Part shown: piece after piece, positions 10,019 through 18,251 of the stretch
Position numbering within the stretch: position 1 is the first letter of the stretch
Layout of the letters: each line of letters opens with the position of its first letter
Assembly (NCBI GenBank): GCA_052033505.1
Contig: JBPOJN010000056.1
Span: 1-34,514, forward strand
Source of the DNA: Myxococcota bacterium
Lineage (GTDB): Bacteria > UBA10199 > JACPAL01 > GCA-016699445
Direction of reading: 5' to 3'
Length of the DNA: 34,514 nt
Translations under genes and position numbers: made by a program
Notes under the pieces: model-generated
Told to the model about the DNA's origin: nothing
Seen by the model: the letters and a program-made list of their open reading frames with translations, nothing else
Database searches by the model: none

Positions 10019-11890
10019 GTGGCAGGCGTGACTCTACTCTCTCGTGTTTCCCAAAGAATTTTTGCCGCAAGCGCAGGAATGCTTCCCGTCGTAACGACGG
10101 CTGCCAAGGCCATCTTGCAACCGCTCAACGCGTTCATAAAAGAGAACGACATCGCGCTCGCGGATCGGCGTTCTTATCGTGAAAATCTTCTGGAGCGGAT
10201 TCCGGGTCTTGATCAGCACTCCTTGTCGCCTCTCTTAAAAACCTTGATTGCTTCTCCGATGGGGACGGACGGGCAGGGTTATCCGACGATGTCTTTCGTC
10301 AATTTCCAATACTTTGTTCAAAAAGTTCCTCATCTTTTTCAAAACGGGGTTTCCGTCCTGCAATGGTTGGATGCAGCCAAGAAAGGGCTGGACGATTTCG
10401 CCAAGGGCCCGGCGTTCCGCAAAAAAGACCGCCCTGCGATGGATTCTTTGGAGCTGGGTATTCAGGCTTTAAGGACGATGGTGCTGACCGCTGCGATCAC
10501 GGCGCCTTCGGATCTTTGGTTGATGCGTCAAGTCTTAGCGACGCATAAAAAAGAGGGGATCCTAGCCGACCTGAAACAAGGCGTCGTCGTCTCTGAGTAT
10601 GCGGCAGCAAAATCTTTCAATGAGAGGCAGTTAAGAGCGGATTTTGAGTTCCTGCATTCGCGTGGGTGCATCGAGCGCGAAGGCGATCGGTATTTCTCGC
10701 GACCGGGAATTTTAGACTCCGTCGAGACCCTGCCCGAAGAGTTTTGTTGCGACATGGCGGGGCGGTTATCCGATTATTTTCGAAATCCTCGGAGTAGAGA
10801 CCCTCTTGTCCATCGTTGGTTGCGGATTCCGGCGGCGGATCGTGTTTCTTCCGGATGGCACGCGGATCTGAGGGAGATGGAAATCGGATACCGGTTGTTG
10901 CCCTTAATCCTGGCGATGAAAGAGTCTGGATTTTTTAAGAACTTCGAGATCGGTCAAAAGATTCCGGGTTTGTTACCGCCAATGGTGGCGCTTTTGGAGG
11001 CGGCGGGCGTTTTGAAAAACGGCAGGATCACGGTTCTCGGAAAACGGGTCTTCGACAAAGGCCATGGCGCCTTCGGTATTATCGGAGCCTATCACGAGTA
11101 TTTGAATCAGCATGCGAAACTTCTTCGGAGCGCCGGAGAAAAACCTAAAGTTCAGAGAGCGAAGAACATCCTTGGGAGCCGGGATGCGAATCGTCCCGCT
11201 TTTCAGGAGATTGCGAAATCCCTCAAGGCGTTTTTTGAGGGTCGCGGCGGTCGCCCCCGCGTCCTCATCGAGCATGCCGCCGGTTTGGGCATCGGTCTTC
11301 AGGAATGCCGCAAAGTTTTCGGCGACGAAGGAATTCGCTACGTTACGGCCGATCTGGAGGAGGAGTCCTTGAAGGGAGCGCGGCGCGAACGCGACAAAGG
11401 CCGTTTGGCGGCGGATACCGTATTTGTAGAATCCAATATCGGCGAGCCTGAAAAGTTTATCGCATCCCTCAAGGCAAAAAGCATCGATCCTCGAGGCGCC
11501 GTTATGATCGTTGGGAACGGCTTCCACGAAGCCCGTGGAGTTTCGGACGAAGGGATGACGGAAATTTTCAGGACTCTTCAGGAAGCGGGAATTATTTTGG
11601 TTTTTGTCGAGGAAACGGGACTTTCGACCGAGCAATTGAGAAAGACCGCTTGGAATACATACAATCCCGGCTTTCGCTGGGTGCATGAGACTTCCGGTCA
11701 GTTATTGAGACCCGCCGTCGATGGTCCCGCGAGTCAACGGTTAAGCTGGTTGTCGTGTGTTCTAAAGGCGAATTATGCAGTCTTGGACGAGTATAGCCGC
11801 AGGACGCGCCGCATCATGCCTTGCGATTTGCCGCCCCCCGTCAATCCGTGGATCAGTGTGACGCTTTTTTGCGTGCCGGAACCGGCATAA
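10019..11890 (+). CDS. Hypothetical 623-aa protein with putative winged-helix region and C-terminal Rossmann/class-I SAM-methyltransferase-like motif
   Basis: GTG start. C-terminal VLIEHAAGLGIGLQE...IRYVTADLEEE resembles methyltransferase motif I plus the acidic post-I residue (nt 11261-11302). A middle region (GILADLKQGVVVSEYAAAKSFNERQLRADFEFLHSRGCIEREGDRYF) resembles O-methyltransferase-type wHTH dimerisation domains. Fold assignment is tentative. Confidence 0.5.
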   Translation: MAGVTLLSRVSQRIFAASAGMLPVVTTAAKAILQPLNAFIKENDIALADRRSYRENLLERIPGLDQHSLSPLLKTLIASPMGTDGQGYPTMSFVNFQYFVQKVPHLFQNGVSVLQWLDAAKKGLDDFAKGPAFRKKDRPAMDSLELGIQALRTMVLTAAITAPSDLWLMRQVLATHKKEGILADLKQGVVVSEYAAAKSFNERQLRADFEFLHSRGCIEREGDRYFSRPGILDSVETLPEEFCCDMAGRLSDYFRNPRSRDPLVHRWLRIPAADRVSSGWHADLREMEIGYRLLPLILAMKESGFFKNFEIGQKIPGLLPPMVALLEAAGVLKNGRITVLGKRVFDKGHGAFGIIGAYHEYLNQHAKLLRSAGEKPKVQRAKNILGSRDANRPAFQEIAKSLKAFFEGRGGRPRVLIEHAAGLGIGLQECRKVFGDEGIRYVTADLEEESLKGARRERDKGRLAADTVFVESNIGEPEKFIASLKAKSIDPRGAVMIVGNGFHEARGVSDEGMTEIFRTLQEAGIILVFVEETGLSTEQLRKTAWNTYNPGFRWVHETSGQLLRPAVDGPASQRLSWLSCVLKANYAVLDEYSRRTRRIMPCDLPPPVNPWISVTLFCVPEPA

Positions 11891-11934
11891 GCGTTCCCAA
11901 AAACGGGGACCGTGTGTTACGATTTTCTTAATCC

Positions 11935-12756
11935 ATGAAATCCCCGAAATCACGCTTGCTCCTCCTGTTTCTCTGCGGGATGTCTTTTTTTGCGGTTTCG
12001 CCGATTCTTCACGCCGCTCCCTGGGATTTGAAAAAAACGGTTCCCCTGAAATTTGACGCCTTCCATCCGCAAGGCTTGGTCAAAATCGGTGACCGGTTTT
12101 TTCTCTCCGCGGTGGAAGTCGAGAACCGCAAACAAGGCAAAGGCGTCGGTCACCTCTTCGAATTCAACGGCGCCGGCGAAAAAGTGAACGACATGATCCT
12201 GGGCGAAGGGGCCATGTACCATCCCGGCGGGATGGATTACGACGGTTCCTCGATCTGGGTGCCGGTTTCCGAATATCGCGATAAGGCGACGTCCATCATC
12301 TATAAGGTCGATCCGAACACGTGGCAGGCGAAAGAAGCCTTCCGCGTCCAGGATCACATCGGGGCGGTGGTCTTCAATCGCGAATCGCAGACCGTCGTCG
12401 GCATGAATTGGGGCGCGAAGGCATTCTACGAATGGCATCCCGACGGCAAACAGATCCGCAAGGTCATTAACGAATACCACACGGTTGCTTTCCAGGACTG
12501 CAAGTACCTCTCAGGTCCGTCCATGATCTGCGCGGGCATTAATCAAAATGCCGTGGGCAAACTGGTCTTGGTCGACTTAATCGATTTCGACGTGCAGCAG
12601 GTTTTCTCTCGCGTGCCGCGTACGATGCGCAAAATCCTGATGACCCGGAACCCGATGACGCTCGACAATGAAGGCGGTTCTTACCGGTTCTATTTCTTGC
12701 CCGAAGATCATTTCGGCACGATGCACGTCTATGAGAATGTCTTCGATATTTTCTAG
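11935..12756 (+). CDS. Secreted hypothetical protein (273 aa)
   Basis: Signal peptide MKSPKSRLLLLFLCGMSFFAVSPILHAAP. No recognised catalytic motif. Confidence 0.55.
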   Translation: MKSPKSRLLLLFLCGMSFFAVSPILHAAPWDLKKTVPLKFDAFHPQGLVKIGDRFFLSAVEVENRKQGKGVGHLFEFNGAGEKVNDMILGEGAMYHPGGMDYDGSSIWVPVSEYRDKATSIIYKVDPNTWQAKEAFRVQDHIGAVVFNRESQTVVGMNWGAKAFYEWHPDGKQIRKVINEYHTVAFQDCKYLSGPSMICAGINQNAVGKLVLVDLIDFDVQQVFSRVPRTMRKILMTRNPMTLDNEGGSYRFYFLPEDHFGTMHVYENVFDIF

Positions 12757-13271
12757 CTTCGTAATTTCATCGAAATTTCGAGAACGAATTTTGCGACGGG
12801 TTCGGGGGAGATTTTCGGGCATACGGCCGTGATCGTGATGGGCTGGTTCGTGCGGATTTTCTTCGAGATCGTGGTCTTCAGCTGACGCGCGATCTTAGGT
12901 CCATCTTCGCAAATAAAATGAACGTCGGAGGTCGGACGTTTCAGGAAATCGGCCTTGAAGGACTTGAAGACAATGTCGACTTTTTGTTTTGTCTTCCAAA
13001 TGTGGTGCAGGGCCATCAACCCACCCGCGCCGTCCGCTCCGATCGCGAGCGTGCCGAAATACATCGACTTGAGGTGATTACGCGTCAGGCGGTTCAAGGG
13101 GATCTTCACCTCGCAGCGGTCATCGGTCAAATCCATCACGGAAGGGGCGACCATAAAAAGCAAAGGGACCTTAGTGAATCCGAAAGCCCTTAAGGCCAAG
13201 GTCGCTTTTAAGTTTTCCATCTTGGAAGATTTTTTTTGAGTCATAGAGTCATCCGAAATTAAATTTGCCAT
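12753..13271 (-). CDS. DUF4442-like hotdog-fold (thioesterase-like) protein
   Basis: The stretch ...NLKATLALRAFGFTKVPLLF...LTRNHLKSMYFGTLAIGADGAGGLMALHH... is typical of DUF4442/hotdog proteins. A shorter start (MTQKK, 13244) would remove the 23-nt overlap with the upstream gene. Confidence 0.5.
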   Translation of the reverse strand: MANLISDDSMTQKKSSKMENLKATLALRAFGFTKVPLLFMVAPSVMDLTDDRCEVKIPLNRLTRNHLKSMYFGTLAIGADGAGGLMALHHIWKTKQKVDIVFKSFKADFLKRPTSDVHFICEDGPKIARQLKTTISKKIRTNQPITITAVCPKISPEPVAKFVLEISMKLRS

Positions 13272-14583
13272 AAAGATCGCGGAAAAGATTTCTAGGATCC
13301 GTTTTTTGCTTCACGGCTTGGTAGTTCTCGCGGTTGTAGATCGTCCAAAATTTTTCCCGATCGTAGAAGTTATGCGAGATCAGAGTCTTGATCCCATGGC
13401 ACTCGTGGGTCAAGTCTTCGATGATCTTGTAATAATTTTTATTCAAGTCACGATTGTTCAATCCATAGATGGCGACGTCGATGAAGAGGTCGTCGTTGAT
13501 TTTCTTTTCATAATCCTCATTCAACCAAGGGTATCTCTGCACGCGGCGATAGGGTACAATCCAAAGAGGAAAGTAGCCGATTTTTTCGCGGAATAATTCA
13601 TAAAAACGGCTCAGCTCGCGCGACGGAATGAAGACGTCCACGACGACGTTCGGGCGTTTGTCGAGTTTGAGCAGCGGCGCCAGGCGTTTGGACCACGTGA
13701 GGAGATTCGTCGAACCCAAAATGAATTTCCCTGCCAGAAAACGCAGAACCTTGTTTTCGAGACCGGGAATCGTCCGCGACAGCCAGTGGCATTCGGTGTC
13801 ATAACGGAAAAAATAATCGAACGTCGTGAAGTAATCCGTCTTTTTTCTGGCCGTATTTTTGTAAAAAATATTCAGCCACGTGTAGTCGATGGTTTTTTCC
13901 CCTTGTGGAGGCGTATCGACGAACGTGCCGGCACACAGGACATTCTTGTCCGGCGCGTGCAGGATTCCGTCGATAAAATGAATATCTGAGCGCGCCATGA
14001 AATCTTGAACACCTTTTTGAAATTCGGCGAAGGACGGGTAGGTGACGTAATCCAAGCGTACGTAAGGTTTCGCGGGGATCAATTCGAATGTGATTTTCGA
14101 AATGATACCTAGGGTGCCGTAAGACCCATGGATCATATGAAAGACGTCCGCGTTCTGTGTCTTCGAACATGTCAGCACTTCGCCGTGGGCCGTAATGACT
14201 TCGTACTCCAGGCAACTGTCGTGAAACCCACCGTACTTGTACGACATCGACTCGACCGAGCAGCCGGAGACCGCACCTCCGACCGTGATAGTTTTGAGTT
14301 CCGGGACGAGCTTCGGGACCAAATTATATTTCAATGTCTCTTGAACGAGATCGCAGAACGTCACACCCGGTTCCGCGATGCAGATTTTTTTCTGAGGATC
14401 AATCGAGAGAATTTGTTTCAGGTCGCGGACGTTCACCTTTTTGTCTTTGTGGCGCGGGTCGTTGGGATTCGGCACGAAATGCGAGACGCTTTCTTTTTGT
14501 AAAGACATGGGGCCGTCTGCGGCTGAGCGCGCGCGGAGTTGAGAGACGATGCGGGCTATTTTTTCTTCATGAGCCGTGGACAT
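13249..14583 (-). CDS. FAD-binding oxidoreductase (PCMH-type FAD_binding_4 domain, DHCR24/diminuto-like)
   Basis: KTITVGGAVSGCSVESMSYKYGGFHDSCLEYEVITAHGEVLTC...HGSYGTLGIISKITFEL matches the FAD-binding PCMH domain. Size about 444 aa. Confidence 0.65.
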   Translation of the reverse strand: MSTAHEEKIARIVSQLRARSAADGPMSLQKESVSHFVPNPNDPRHKDKKVNVRDLKQILSIDPQKKICIAEPGVTFCDLVQETLKYNLVPKLVPELKTITVGGAVSGCSVESMSYKYGGFHDSCLEYEVITAHGEVLTCSKTQNADVFHMIHGSYGTLGIISKITFELIPAKPYVRLDYVTYPSFAEFQKGVQDFMARSDIHFIDGILHAPDKNVLCAGTFVDTPPQGEKTIDYTWLNIFYKNTARKKTDYFTTFDYFFRYDTECHWLSRTIPGLENKVLRFLAGKFILGSTNLLTWSKRLAPLLKLDKRPNVVVDVFIPSRELSRFYELFREKIGYFPLWIVPYRRVQRYPWLNEDYEKKINDDLFIDVAIYGLNNRDLNKNYYKIIEDLTHECHGIKTLISHNFYDREKFWTIYNRENYQAVKQKTDPRNLFRDLYGKFNFG

Positions 14584-14628
14584 AGGGAGAAGTTTTTGCT
14601 CATGACTTCCGTCCCATGGGCAAGAAGA

Positions 14629-14672
14629 TTGTTTTCTTAATCTTCCTCCTTATATAAGAAAGAAGCACTTCT
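14629..14672 (+). promoter_or_regulatory. Divergent promoter region: candidate sigma70-like -35 TTGTTT (14629-14634) / -10 TATATA (14651-14656) for the prohibitin operon, overlapping palindromes
   Basis: 16-nt spacing between the hexamers. Perfect 10-bp palindrome CTTATATAAG (14649-14658) and inverted repeat AGAAGcaCTTCT (14661-14672) just downstream. Confidence 0.3.
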
Positions 14673-14708
14673 CGTGAGCCGGTCATCAATGCCTTTAAGG
14701 AGATCTCT

Positions 14709-15533
14709 ATGGCGGAAGCCCTAAGTCCTAACAGTGCTGCAAGTCTGGTGAAGTGGGTTGGTGTCTTCGTGGTGGCGCTGATCCTGATCGTTTGGCTCAA
14801 TCCCTTCGTGACCGTCGGACCCGGCGAGCGCGGCGTGGTTACCAGGCTTGGGGCGGTGCAGGAAAGAATTTTGGGCGAAGGCCTTCATTTCCGCATTCCG
14901 GTCGTCGAAAAAGTTATAACGATCGACGTGAAGACGCACAAAATCGAAGTCGTGGCGCCATCTTATTCGAAAGACATGCAGAACGTCGGCACGAAGATCG
15001 CGCTCAATTATCATTTGGATCCGCTCAACGTGCACCGGTTGATCCAAAAAATCGGCGTCGATTACGAATCGCGTATCATTTCTCCAGCGATCCAAGAGTC
15101 GGTCAAGGCCGCGACGGCGAAGTTTACCGCGGCGGAATTGGTCTCGGAGCGTCCAAAGGTCAAAGAAGAAATCAAATTATCCCTGATTGCGCGTCTGCAT
15201 CCCAGCTTCATCGAGGTGGACGATTTTTCCATCGTGGATTTCGAATTTGCCGAGAGTTTCGAGCGCGCGATCGACGAGAAGCAGATCGCCGAACAGAATG
15301 CCCTGAAGGCGCAGAACGACTTGAGGCGCATCGAGATCGAAGCCGCTCAGCGCATCGCGCAGGCCAAGGCCGAAGCGGAGGCTATTCGTATCCAGACCGA
15401 AGCCCTTCAGCAAAACCAAAATCTCGTGCGTCTCGAAGCAGTTAAAAAGTGGGACGGCCGGCTCCCCCAAGTCATGATGGGAAACACGACTCCGTTTGTA
15501 GATGTCGGTAAGATCATCGACAATGCCCGATAA
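14709..15533 (+). CDS. SPFH/band-7 (prohibitin-family) membrane protein
   Basis: N-terminal TM helix VKWVGVFVVALILIVWL. SPFH core GERGVVTRLGAVQERILGEGLHFRIPVVEKVITIDVKTHKIEV. C-terminal coiled coil. RBS AAGGAG 6 nt upstream of the ATG. Confidence 0.85.
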   Translation: MAEALSPNSAASLVKWVGVFVVALILIVWLNPFVTVGPGERGVVTRLGAVQERILGEGLHFRIPVVEKVITIDVKTHKIEVVAPSYSKDMQNVGTKIALNYHLDPLNVHRLIQKIGVDYESRIISPAIQESVKAATAKFTAAELVSERPKVKEEIKLSLIARLHPSFIEVDDFSIVDFEFAESFERAIDEKQIAEQNALKAQNDLRRIEIEAAQRIAQAKAEAEAIRIQTEALQQNQNLVRLEAVKKWDGRLPQVMMGNTTPFVDVGKIIDNAR

Positions 15534-16863
15534 AAAATCCGTCAAAAAAAATCTCCGGGAAGTCCTGGCGCTCTTCGAGAAAAAGGATCGCTTGGCCGTG
15601 CCCCTGGCGACGGGACAGCCCATGGGGCTCTTGTCGGGTTTAAGCGAACGCAACGATTGGGAGAGGCTGGAAATTTTTACCGGCCTCTTGGGATTTCCCT
15701 ATCCCATCCTGACCGCTCCGAACGTCTTCGTGACCAGCGGTTATTACGGTCCCATCGAGAGATTCTTAAATTCCCAAGGCGCCAAAGTAGACTATTTACC
15801 CGCGGATTTTACGGGTTTCGAAATCATCGAGAGACGGAAACCCTCGCGCATCGTCGCAACGACCATGTCGGAGCCGGACGCCGAAGGCTTTCTGACGTTC
15901 GGCACGCATGGAGCCGCGGTAGATCGTCCGTTTCGCGAGGCTTGTAAAGACCCGGACCGTATCGCGATCGCGGAGGTGAATCCGCAAATGCCCGTCGTGT
16001 ACGGCTCGCATCATCATGGCGACAATAAGATCTCAGTTGACGACGTCGACGTGATCTTCGAATCCGATCAGGCGCAGATCGAAGTGCCGTCTCCGGAAGC
16101 CACCGAAGTCGAAAAAAGAATCGCCGAAAACGTGGTGGGCTTGATCCGCGACGGGGACACGCTCCAATTCGGCATCGGTGCGATCCCCGATCAGGTCGCG
16201 GCGCGGCTGGCCGTCGAAAAAGCGGGAGATTTCGGCATCCATTCAGAATTGATCGCGGACGGGTTTTTGAAATTACAGGAAGCCGGAAAGATTTCGAATC
16301 GTCGCAAAGGCGTCTTCGACGGCCAAAGCGTATTCACTTTCGCTCTCGGCACCCAGGCGCTCTATGATTTCTTGGACGAACGAAAAGGCCGGAACAACCG
16401 TCAGGCCGCGTGTTTTCCCGTGTCCATGGTCAACGATCCGCACGTGATCGCGAAGAACCGCGCGATGGTGAGCATTAATTCCGGATTCATGGTCGACTTC
16501 GCGGGGCAAGTCGCTTCGGAAGCGATCGGACTGAAGCAATACAGCGGCGTCGGCGGGCAGCTTTCATTCGTGCAGGGCGCGTACGCCTCCGAAGGTGGGC
16601 GCAGCATCCTTTGTATCAAGTCGACGGTGACTATCGACGGAAAAACGACTTCGAATATCGTCCCGACGCTCCCGATCGGCAGTCTCGTCAGTACGCCGCG
16701 GCATTATGTGCAATTCATCGTGACGGAGTACGGCGTCGCGGATCTTTATGGCGTGCCCGACGAATTACGAGCCGAACGGCTCATTGTAGTTGCCCATCCA
16801 GATTTTCGCGCAGAGTTGGAAGCTAAAAAAGACGAGATGAACAGCCTCTATTATAAAAGATAA
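15502..16863 (+). CDS. Acetyl-CoA hydrolase/transferase family protein (4-hydroxybutyrate CoA-transferase-like)
   Basis: 453-aa ORF with the AcetylCoA_hydro N- and C-domains (GQPMGLL..., SINSGFMVDFAGQVASEAIG..., GGQLSFVQGAY). The alternative start ATG 15523 (MPDKK) reduces the overlap with the prohibitin gene to 11 nt. Confidence 0.8.
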   Translation: MSVRSSTMPDKKSVKKNLREVLALFEKKDRLAVPLATGQPMGLLSGLSERNDWERLEIFTGLLGFPYPILTAPNVFVTSGYYGPIERFLNSQGAKVDYLPADFTGFEIIERRKPSRIVATTMSEPDAEGFLTFGTHGAAVDRPFREACKDPDRIAIAEVNPQMPVVYGSHHHGDNKISVDDVDVIFESDQAQIEVPSPEATEVEKRIAENVVGLIRDGDTLQFGIGAIPDQVAARLAVEKAGDFGIHSELIADGFLKLQEAGKISNRRKGVFDGQSVFTFALGTQALYDFLDERKGRNNRQAACFPVSMVNDPHVIAKNRAMVSINSGFMVDFAGQVASEAIGLKQYSGVGGQLSFVQGAYASEGGRSILCIKSTVTIDGKTTSNIVPTLPIGSLVSTPRHYVQFIVTEYGVADLYGVPDELRAERLIVVAHPDFRAELEAKKDEMNSLYYKR

Positions 16864-16876
16864 TAATGGCATTCCC

Positions 16877-16895
16877 TCCCCTTAGAGTAAGGGGA
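16877..16895. terminator. Stem-loop (8-bp stem, 3-nt loop: tCCCCTTAgagTAAGGGGa) between the convergent acetyl-CoA hydrolase and dus genes
   Basis: GC-rich hairpin 14 nt after the plus-gene stop. On the minus strand it is followed by a U-rich stretch (UUAUUAUCUUUUAUAAUA), so it may terminate dus transcription. Confidence 0.35.
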
Positions 16896-16944
16896 TGCTA
16901 GGTGGGGTTACGGTCTCTGTGGTTCTGTCATAGAATAACGCCCC

Positions 16945-17943
16945 CTAACCCCCTCTTGCATCAAGAGGGGGGAGCAAATATTCTCCCAACACTTTTTCTA
17001 AGTCTTCGCAATTTTCCGCATCCAAAGCCCGCGAGCGAGCACGGGCCGCGTCCGGAAAACCCTTCAAATAACCGACCATGTGTTTCTTGACCGCCTTGAA
17101 TTCCCTCGGTCCTCGGATCGCTACGAAGTAACGCGCATGTTCGATCGCGACGGCGATGCGTTCTTGTTTGCTGGTTTCTTTAAGCTCCGGACGGTTTTGA
17201 AAGACCCAAGGGTTCCCAATGCCCGCGCGACCAATTAATACGCCGTCGACGCCGCTCTCTTCAATGCGGCGCAAGGCCTCTTCCCGTGAAGAGACGTCGC
17301 CATTCCCTAAAATAATCGTCCCGCTTCCACGTGCCACCGCGGTGCCCCGCGCGATCGCGTCCCAATGAGCCGCGCCCCGGTACATTTGTTTCAACGTCCG
17401 CCCGTGGATCGAAATCGCGGAAGGGCGTTCGGAGAGTAGGGTCGTGACCCAAGATTCGATCACGATCTCGTCGAATCCGAGGCGGGTTTTGACGGAATAG
17501 GGGAGAAGTTTGCGTTCTTTCGGCGTAGCGATACCGCAGCGGCGTAGATTCATGCCGGCTACGACGGAGCGCACGTTTTCGGAGATCTTCAAATCTTCAA
17601 GCGTTTGTCCTTTGGCCCAGTCTTCGAGCCCGGCGCGCGTGCCGCGGATGATGTCGAGCGCGAGCTCGGGAACGCGGATCAAGGCCGCCCCGCAATTTTT
17701 TTGCGTCACTTGTTTGGCGGGACAGCCCATATTGATGTCGAGCCCGTCGAAACCCATCTCCGCCACGACGTGCGCGGCCTTGTAAAAATCGTCCGGATGA
17801 TTTCCAAAGACCTGTGCCACGATCGGCCGCTCGATCTCGGAATATTCGAAATCCCTCAAGACTTTTTCCGGCGCGTAAAACATCCCCACGGTGGTCGTGA
17901 ACTCGGTAAACATCACATCCGGCCGCCCGTACTTCGCCGTCAT
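16945..17943 (-). CDS. dus: tRNA-dihydrouridine synthase (Dus family); 5' end apparently truncated or frameshifted
   Basis: GRPDVMFTEF...VAQVFGNHPDDFYKAAHVVAEMGFDGLDINMGCPAKQV...TRLGF...SIHGRT matches the Dus TIM barrel. The canonical N-terminal LAPMAGVTD FMN-binding segment is missing from this ORF. An in-frame TGA lies two codons upstream of the ATG. Confidence 0.75.
   Translation of the reverse strand: MTAKYGRPDVMFTEFTTTVGMFYAPEKVLRDFEYSEIERPIVAQVFGNHPDDFYKAAHVVAEMGFDGLDINMGCPAKQVTQKNCGAALIRVPELALDIIRGTRAGLEDWAKGQTLEDLKISENVRSVVAGMNLRRCGIATPKERKLLPYSVKTRLGFDEIVIESWVTTLLSERPSAISIHGRTLKQMYRGAAHWDAIARGTAVARGSGTIILGNGDVSSREEALRRIEESGVDGVLIGRAGIGNPWVFQNRPELKETSKQERIAVAIEHARYFVAIRGPREFKAVKKHMVGYLKGFPDAARARSRALDAENCEDLEKVLGEYLLPPLDARGG
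16949..16971. terminator. 10-bp perfect stem-loop CCCCCTCTTGcatCAAGAGGGGG overlapping the last 8 codons of dus
   Basis: Seen directly. It encodes ...PPLDARGG-stop on the minus strand. No clear U-tract on the plus strand, so terminator function is uncertain. Confidence 0.3.
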
Positions 17944-18251
17944 CGCGCGTCAGGCGAAGTCCGTCTCGCATCAATCGGAGAGAGGGAGTTGTTGGGTTTT
18001 TTGAGTTGGTGCCATAACGTGATGACGCGCTGAGCCTTATTAAAATTAGTCGGTATCCGCAACTTCCTTGATGGAACGGCGATAATAGGATTGGGAAGAA
18101 CCATGCGAGGGCTTATGACTGAAAAAAAATCATCTCGGTTTCTGACGCGCTTAGGTTTTTCGTTGTTGAGCGTGTTTTTGATTTTCTCGGGCTGTTTCGG
18201 CCAAGGCAAAGACCAGCTCTCCGGGATGTGGTCCGCGAATTTTTCTTCCAC
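17940..18251 (-). other. ORF overlapping the dus start (ATGA) whose 3' part resembles a displaced Dus N-terminus (MVLPNPIIAVP...PIDARRT); possible frameshift remnant or spurious
   Basis: The internal Met at 18104 begins MVLPNPIIAVP, resembling Dus N-termini (LxNRLIAAPMAG). The ORF ends in TGA overlapping the dus ATG. It is antisense to the 5' end of the 18103 lipoprotein gene. Confidence 0.25.

Noticed and set aside
12753-12756. Convergent genes sharing a CTAG at their stops
   Set aside because: Real but trivial. Overlapping palindromic stop codons of convergent genes are common and carry no obvious function.
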